In this document: piece after piece, positions 58,784 to 64,000 of the stretch | How the letters are laid out: the number at the start of each line of letters is the position of its first letter | Position numbering within the stretch: the stretch's first letter is position 1 | DNA from: Nitrospinaceae bacterium | GTDB taxonomy: Bacteria > Nitrospinota > Nitrospinia > Nitrospinales > Nitrospinaceae | NCBI GenBank assembly: GCA_965237905.1 | Contig: OZ250172.1 | Coordinates: 544,001-608,000 of the forward strand | Direction: 5' to 3' | DNA: 64,000 nucleotides | Program-made: the position numbers and the translations under genes | Notes under the pieces: generated by a model | What the model was told of the DNA's origin: nothing | Database searches by the model: none | What the model saw: only the letters and a program-made list of their open reading frames with translations

Positions 58784-58823
58784 AAAAAAACCCCGGCGGG
58801 GCGGGATGCCCGGCCGGGGTTTT
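58784..58823 (-). terminator. terminator of cold-shock gene copy 1 (possibly bidirectional)
   Basis: A7-CCCCGGC..GCCGGGG-TTTT. Confidence 0.8.
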
Positions 58824-58837
58824 CAGTGATCGCGGTT

Positions 58838-59038
58838 TTACTTGGGAATGACGTTGGAGGCCTGTGGACCTTTCTTGCCATCGGTCTTTTCGAACTCGAC
58901 CGTCTGGCCTTCCGTCAGGGTTTTGAATCCTTCGGCTTGAATCTCTGAGAAATGAACGAAAACGTCTTCGCCATCTTCCCCTTCGATAAATCCATATCCT
59001 TTGCTGTCGTTAAACCACTTTACTTTTCCTACTGACAT
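58838..59038 (-). CDS. cold-shock protein
   Basis: GKVKWFN..KGYGFI, DVFVHFS, KGPQA.NV. Confidence 0.96.
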   Translation of the reverse strand: MSVGKVKWFNDSKGYGFIEGEDGEDVFVHFSEIQAEGFKTLTEGQTVEFEKTDGKKGPQASNVIPK

Positions 59039-59338
59039 ACTAATCGTGCTCCTTAAATGAGCGGGAAGCCTATCGAGCAAAACCCAAAACCGCATTCCCA
59101 GATTTTTCGTAAGACGGTCTTCAAAAACTCCGCCGGCGGGTGCGTTTCCCAACAAAAAAAACCATCCCAGAGGATGGTCGGTTCATATCGAATCGAATGT
59201 TCCAATCACCGCTGTCGGAAAAGCCCGTTCATCCGGGCGGATGGATTCAAAGCCCATCTCATTTTACGGCCCCTTTGTACCACAAGTAATTCGATTTTCC
59301 CAAGTTTTTTTAGTGAATGGGAGGTGATTGGCGGGCAC

Positions 59339-59373
59339 AAAAAACCCGGCGGAGGTGGGGAGCTCCGCCGGGG
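59339..59373 (-). terminator. terminator of cold-shock gene copy 2
   Basis: A6-CCCGGCGGAG..CTCCGCCGGG. Confidence 0.8.
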
Positions 59374-59389
59374 GATTAAATGCGTGAGG

Positions 59390-59590
59390 TTATTTTGGAA
59401 CTACGTTGGAGGCTTGCGGGCCTTTTTTTCCCTGGGTCTTTTCGAATTCGACCTCTTGGCCCTCTTTCAGTGTTTTGAATCCTTCGGATTGAATCTCCGA
59501 GAAGTGAACAAACACGTCTTCTCCATCCTCAGATTCGATAAAACCGTACCCCTTGCTTTCGTTGAACCACTTAACTTTACCTAGAGACAT
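59390..59590 (-). CDS. cold-shock protein (tandem paralog)
   Basis: Same RNP1/RNP2 motifs; 66 aa. Confidence 0.96.
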   Translation of the reverse strand: MSLGKVKWFNESKGYGFIESEDGEDVFVHFSEIQSEGFKTLKEGQEVEFEKTQGKKGPQASNVVPK

Positions 59591-59892
59591 ACCAATCGCG
59601 CTCCTCAGATTGAGCGGGAAGGCGTTCCAGATGGTACCTAAAGCGCGTTCCCCAGTTGTCTTTCAGGCGATTACTGGCCCTATCCCCGCAAAGACCCTGC
59701 CCGGGCCCCACTTTTCGGATTGCCGTGACCACTACCACCCCTTTTTGGCACGCGTATCCTACCATAACCGGGGAAAACAACCCATACTTTTGTGGCCCGA
59801 AAACAGTGAATGTTCGCTTAACCGAAATACCCTAATTAAGGTAAGAATACTCTTTTTAATATCTTGGAGATCCCCAAAAGTCCCATTTCCCG

Positions 59893-60054
59893 CTACTTCC
59901 GATCCAGAGCAACTTGCACTGCTTTGTCGGCCCAGAGAACAAGTTCCTCTTCATTTTCGAGGATGTCCGGCGGGATTTCGTAATAGTTCTTGAGGGTCTG
60001 CTTGTCCGAGGGTCGAAACGGTTTCATGCCGTATTTCTCGTAGGCAGGACGCGG
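59893..60054 (-). pseudogene. TfoX/Sxy N-domain family gene remnant
   Basis: Translates RPAYEKYGMKPFRPSDKQTLKNYYEIPPDILENEEELVLWADKA..*; the 5' half and a plausible start are missing. Confidence 0.6.
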
Positions 60055-60163
60055 AGTACCTCCGCTGGTAATTTTAAAACCTTTGTCGGCGAAATAAACC
60101 TTTTGATCGCACGCTCATGCCTCAGCGAAATTTCCTCCGGACGTAGTCCGGCTTCATCACCTT

Positions 60164-60577
60164 TCATTGATCCTCCTTCGCCGGGGTCAATACAAAATAC
60201 AGATTGTATGCCATGATCAACAGACCCGCTCCCGTCATCAGAGCGAAGCCGACGAACGCGGCGTGTAGGATGCCGCCGGACCAGAGGCCTCCCGCCAAAT
60301 GAGTGGTGGCCATACCCAGCAGGCCGACGTTGTGCAATATGAAATGATACTTAACGCCCCCTGGCCAGGGAACGGGACGGGAGTTGAAGCGGGGAAGCAC
60401 ATGATACGCCACCCCGGAGATAAACATGGTCATGAATCCCAGCAGGTTGAGATGGATATGAACGAAACGCAGTCGCTGGCTCCACTCCGGCTGAGTGCCG
60501 ATCACCACACCCATCACCACCCCCAGCGCCAGATAAATCAGCGCCACTTTGGTAAAACGTTTCGCGTAAATTTCCAT
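60164..60577 (-). CDS. small 4-TM membrane protein with HxHLNLLGF motif (heme-copper-oxidase-subunit-I-like helices)
   Basis: VHIHLNLLGFMT..I.GV.YH.LPRF; GAGG RBS. Confidence 0.7.
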   Translation of the reverse strand: MEIYAKRFTKVALIYLALGVVMGVVIGTQPEWSQRLRFVHIHLNLLGFMTMFISGVAYHVLPRFNSRPVPWPGGVKYHFILHNVGLLGMATTHLAGGLWSGGILHAAFVGFALMTGAGLLIMAYNLYFVLTPAKEDQ

Positions 60578-60580
60578 AGC

Positions 60581-61723
60581 TCACCTCACTGGTTGTGAAT
60601 AGGTTCGTCCGCGCCATTCAGCCCCGCCGCGGAACAATACGTGGATCATGGAGTTGATCATGATGGCGGACATGACCAACGCTCCCAGGGGAAACAACAA
60701 CACATAACGTTTTTCCAGATTCAGTTCATGACATAAGGTCAATTTCGTAATCAACACCAGACCCAGCCCTGCCAGAGCCATCGCCTGCCACCCCAGGCTC
60801 GATCCCATCCACAGGTGAACTCCCACCATAAGCCAAGGCGTCAGCACGAATCCCAATACGCAAAAGATATAATAAAATGTTTTGAAGATGGATTTTTTCA
60901 TCGCCAGGAAAACGTTTTTGCGCCAACCGGTCCATATTTCCCGGAACGAATGGTACATGCGGATGGAATAAATTTTCTGGGCATCGGCGATCATCATTTT
61001 AGCGCCAGAGTGTTTCACCAAATGCGCCATGCCGATATCCTCCAGGATGGTCTGCTTGAGGGTTTCATGACCTCCCACCCGGTCATACACTTCCCGTCGC
61101 AACAAGATAAAAGCTCCGACGCCCATCGCGTCCGGAGACTCCGGATCATTCACCTTTCCGAATCGTGTGAGGGCCGCGATGAACGCGAAAATGACCGGTT
61201 GCACCGCCCGCTCCCAAAACGAACCGAATTCCGCTCCGGGCAGGAGAGAGACCATATCCAACCGGTGCTTCTGCATGAGATGGACTGCAGTCGTCAAGGC
61301 GTACGGCTGGAACACGGGATCAGCATCGGTGAACAGGAGCAGTTCGCCCCGCGCCTTTTGCGAGGCCTGATGCAGAGCGAAGGGTTTGCCGTACCAATCG
61401 GAAGGTAATGTGGCGCCCTGAATGGCGACCAGGTTGGCATGACGCTCCTGCAACGATTCGATAATATCCGGCGTGTTGTCGGTGGAGTTGTCATCGACCA
61501 CGATCACTTCAAAATTTGGATAGTCCTGGTTCAGCAAAGAGGTAAGACAAGCTTCGATATCCCGCTCCTCGTCGCGTGCCGGGACACAAACCGAAACGAA
61601 AGGATAGGCTGGAAGGGGTCCGACCGCCGGCTCGACTTTGACCAGAAAATAGGTGTTGATCGTCAAATAGATCACGATTGCAATAATCAAGGCGAACTGT
61701 AAAACGGAAAGAAAGATCAGCAT
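60581..61723 (-). CDS. membrane glycosyltransferase family 2 (CrtQ/HpnB-like lipid glycosyltransferase)
   Basis: VPARDEE, VDD.STD, W.GK..A, FTDAD, ED, RMY, W.GR.Y. Confidence 0.88.
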   Translation of the reverse strand: MLIFLSVLQFALIIAIVIYLTINTYFLVKVEPAVGPLPAYPFVSVCVPARDEERDIEACLTSLLNQDYPNFEVIVVDDNSTDNTPDIIESLQERHANLVAIQGATLPSDWYGKPFALHQASQKARGELLLFTDADPVFQPYALTTAVHLMQKHRLDMVSLLPGAEFGSFWERAVQPVIFAFIAALTRFGKVNDPESPDAMGVGAFILLRREVYDRVGGHETLKQTILEDIGMAHLVKHSGAKMMIADAQKIYSIRMYHSFREIWTGWRKNVFLAMKKSIFKTFYYIFCVLGFVLTPWLMVGVHLWMGSSLGWQAMALAGLGLVLITKLTLCHELNLEKRYVLLFPLGALVMSAIMINSMIHVLFRGGAEWRGRTYSQPVR

Positions 61724-61981
61724 TTTGAGCTCGGATGTCTGTGTTTCGCCACTATAAAAACCCCACTCATTTGTATTCGAGAAACTTCCATGTTACTCTG
61801 AAAAGGTCATCTTCGATCTTTTCAGGAGTTGACCCGCCCGCGCTCCAAGCGTATAATTTCAATTTTTTCAATGATTTATAGATTTCATTGGAGCGAATCT
61901 AAATTTAGTCTTGCGGCACACTATAACAAGTCCCTTGTCTCTCAAACAGTTATAAACTTCCCCCAACCCAAAGTTTTACCC

Positions 61982-62458
61982 ATGAGTCGTGTGAACCCTA
62001 AATCTCAGAATAAGTTTTTCCTTCTTTTGATTTTGACCTGTTTCGGCTTAACCGTATTGTGGACTTCGTCGGCGGATGCCCTGTGCATCAAAAATCGCCA
62101 GGCCAATCTACGGCAGGGACCCGGACTCCACTACGACAAAATCTGGGAAGTGTTCCGGTACATGCCGTTCCATCAGTTGGGTAAAAAAGGCGAGTGGTTG
62201 CGAGTGCAGGATCTGGACGGCGACATCTACTGGGTGCACAAAAGGCTCACCACCAAGTCGTTCAAATGCGCCGTCATCAAAAAAGATGCGACCAATTTAC
62301 GCAACGGTCCCGGCACCCATTATAAAAAGGTTAAAGGGATGCCCGGAGAAAAGTATTTCTCCATGAAAGTCATCAAGATCAAGGACAACTGGGTACAAGT
62401 CGTGGATGCCTGGGGTGACAAAGCGTGGATTTACCGGCCTCTGGTCTGGATCAAGTAG
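61982..62458 (+). CDS. periplasmic tandem bacterial SH3-domain protein
   Basis: Signal peptide; two NLR.GPG..Y repeats with W..V.D..G...W. Confidence 0.85.
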   Translation: MSRVNPKSQNKFFLLLILTCFGLTVLWTSSADALCIKNRQANLRQGPGLHYDKIWEVFRYMPFHQLGKKGEWLRVQDLDGDIYWVHKRLTTKSFKCAVIKKDATNLRNGPGTHYKKVKGMPGEKYFSMKVIKIKDNWVQVVDAWGDKAWIYRPLVWIK

Positions 62459-62467
62459 AACCCTTCC

Positions 62468-64000
62468 CTAACCCCCGAGCAGTTGTCTCGCCCGGTTTTT
62501 GAACACCATGTGGAACAGCAGGTTGCAGTACCGGTCCACTTCCTTTTTTTCATCCCCGAGAACCGAATAATTCCAAAATCCGTACAGCTTGGCGGCTTTG
62601 ATCAATTTCTCCGCATACAAGTTCCAGGTGAAGCGCTCTTTGACGCGAACGATGGCTTGGCCGCCCAGCGTCTCCCAACAGGAAGGGGCTTTTTCGCATC
62701 GAAGCAAAAAATCCAGAATGGGTTGACTGATAAGCTCCGGCTGAGTGGGATTGATCAGATACCCGTTTTTACCATCCTCAATAATTTCCTGCGGCCCTCC
62801 GAACTGGGTCGCGAATACCGGCAGGCCGCTGGCCATCCCTTCCAGAACCGTCAACCCGAACGCCTCGAACAACGCGGGTTGCACAAACACGCCTCTTCGA
62901 TCGGCGATAATCCGATACGACTCCGCGCCATCCTTCCTCGATGAGTTTTCGATCCAGCGGATTTTATTTTGGAGTCCATACTCTTCGATCAACTGATACA
63001 TTTTTTTCAATTCGGACAATTCCTCCTCGTCCGTCGCCTTCTCCTCCCGAACGGTGTGGGTCACGATGATCAAATTGGTCCTGTCCTGAAGTTCCTTGCT
63101 TTGGCCAAAACTTTCCACCAGTCCGGTAAGGTTTTTGATTTTATCCAGCCGCGCTATGGTGAAAATGGGAATTTTATCCGGATGCTCCAGCTCCCCAAAA
63201 ATATCATCTCCCTTTTTAGAAAATAACCGTTTGTTCAATTCCTTCGTTTGGTTTTTCAGCCTCCGCGATGTGTCGGTGTATGGAAAATAAATGGATTCAT
63301 CGACTCCGGGGGAAACCACGTTGAATTTGGGATGAAGTAGGTTGACGCCATCGGTTACCTTGTACAACTCCGGCATGGAAAACAGGCAGTACGATTCGTA
63401 TTGTCCCAGACTGGTCTCCGTGCCCGCAATTTCCTGCGCGGTGCTGGTAATGATAACGTCCGCCTTGTTCATGGAAATCAGATCGGCAGTAAACTGAAGC
63501 GAGAAGTTGTACTCCTTTTCCATATCCTGCCAATACAGGTCGGAAAACAAAAACTTAGGCTTCTCCAACGCATGGGCGATATTGCACTGAATCACTTGTA
63601 ACCAGGGAGCCAGTAGAGACGCCACCAGGTTGCCGTCCGAATAATTTCCGATGATCATATCCGGCCTGCCACCGAATTCCGTCAGCAATTCGTTTTTCGA
63701 ATCCAGCGCAAACTGCTCCAGAAACGGCCACACCTGAAACCGCGAGAGCCAGTGGGGAACAATATTCTGATTCTCATCCTTGAACGGAACGCGCAGAATC
63801 CAGCAATGGTCCGTCCCATTGATTTTTTCGAGACGCTGGTTGCTGGTAGTGCCATCATTTTCGGGAATGAGGCGGGTCACCACTATGATTTTGGGCGGCA
63901 CGGAAATTCCGGCGGAAGCGAGCGAGTTTTTCATATAGGCTTCCAGCGCCTTCACCTGGTCGAGAATATAAACCACCTGGCCTCCGGTGTCGGGCCGGCC
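62468..64000 (-). CDS. sucrose synthase (GT4), 5' part outside the window
   Basis: PDTGGQVVYILDQV, GNYSDGNLVA, AHALEK, QFTADL, QYESY, ARLD.IKN.TGL, FVQPALFEAFGLTV.E. Confidence 0.92.
   Translation of the reverse strand, partial: GRPDTGGQVVYILDQVKALEAYMKNSLASAGISVPPKIIVVTRLIPENDGTTSNQRLEKINGTDHCWILRVPFKDENQNIVPHWLSRFQVWPFLEQFALDSKNELLTEFGGRPDMIIGNYSDGNLVASLLAPWLQVIQCNIAHALEKPKFLFSDLYWQDMEKEYNFSLQFTADLISMNKADVIITSTAQEIAGTETSLGQYESYCLFSMPELYKVTDGVNLLHPKFNVVSPGVDESIYFPYTDTSRRLKNQTKELNKRLFSKKGDDIFGELEHPDKIPIFTIARLDKIKNLTGLVESFGQSKELQDRTNLIIVTHTVREEKATDEEELSELKKMYQLIEEYGLQNKIRWIENSSRKDGAESYRIIADRRGVFVQPALFEAFGLTVLEGMASGLPVFATQFGGPQEIIEDGKNGYLINPTQPELISQPILDFLLRCEKAPSCWETLGGQAIVRVKERFTWNLYAEKLIKAAKLYGFWNYSVLGDEKKEVDRYCNLLFHMVFKNRARQLLGG

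Overview
A 64-kb chromosomal window from a Gram-negative bacterium. Gene content and style suggest a Nitrospina/deltaproteobacteria-like organism (inference only). Most of the window is housekeeping: greA, trmB, purN, lolA, rseP, proS, rimP-nusA-infB-rbfA-truB-rpsO-pnp, surE, ahpC, bioD, bioA, def, fhs, queD, thiO, map, era, hemW, mazG, two cold-shock genes and a partial sucrose synthase. Five features stand out. (1) An in-frame fusion of an NtrX-like receiver plus degenerate AAA+ domain to a complete LpxC, the committed enzyme of lipid A synthesis. (2) A five-gene putative sphingolipid operon (SPT, GNAT ceramide synthase, reductase, CDP-alcohol phosphotransferase, MMPL exporter). (3) A PEP mutase fused to a nucleotidyltransferase, indicating phosphonate biosynthesis. 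(4) A 2.8-kb transposase-free element with ~50-bp terminal inverted repeats inserted in the 3' end of pepM; it carries a direct-repeat-flanked PrsW protease gene, a Met-rich repeat lipoprotein gene and an IS3 end remnant. (5) An operon of DUF2325, a porin and two flavinylation-motif proteins preceded by two Fur-box matches. Two genes (an MBL hydrolase and surE) carry single-base frameshifts that may be sequencing errors. I found no rRNA, tRNA or CRISPR array.
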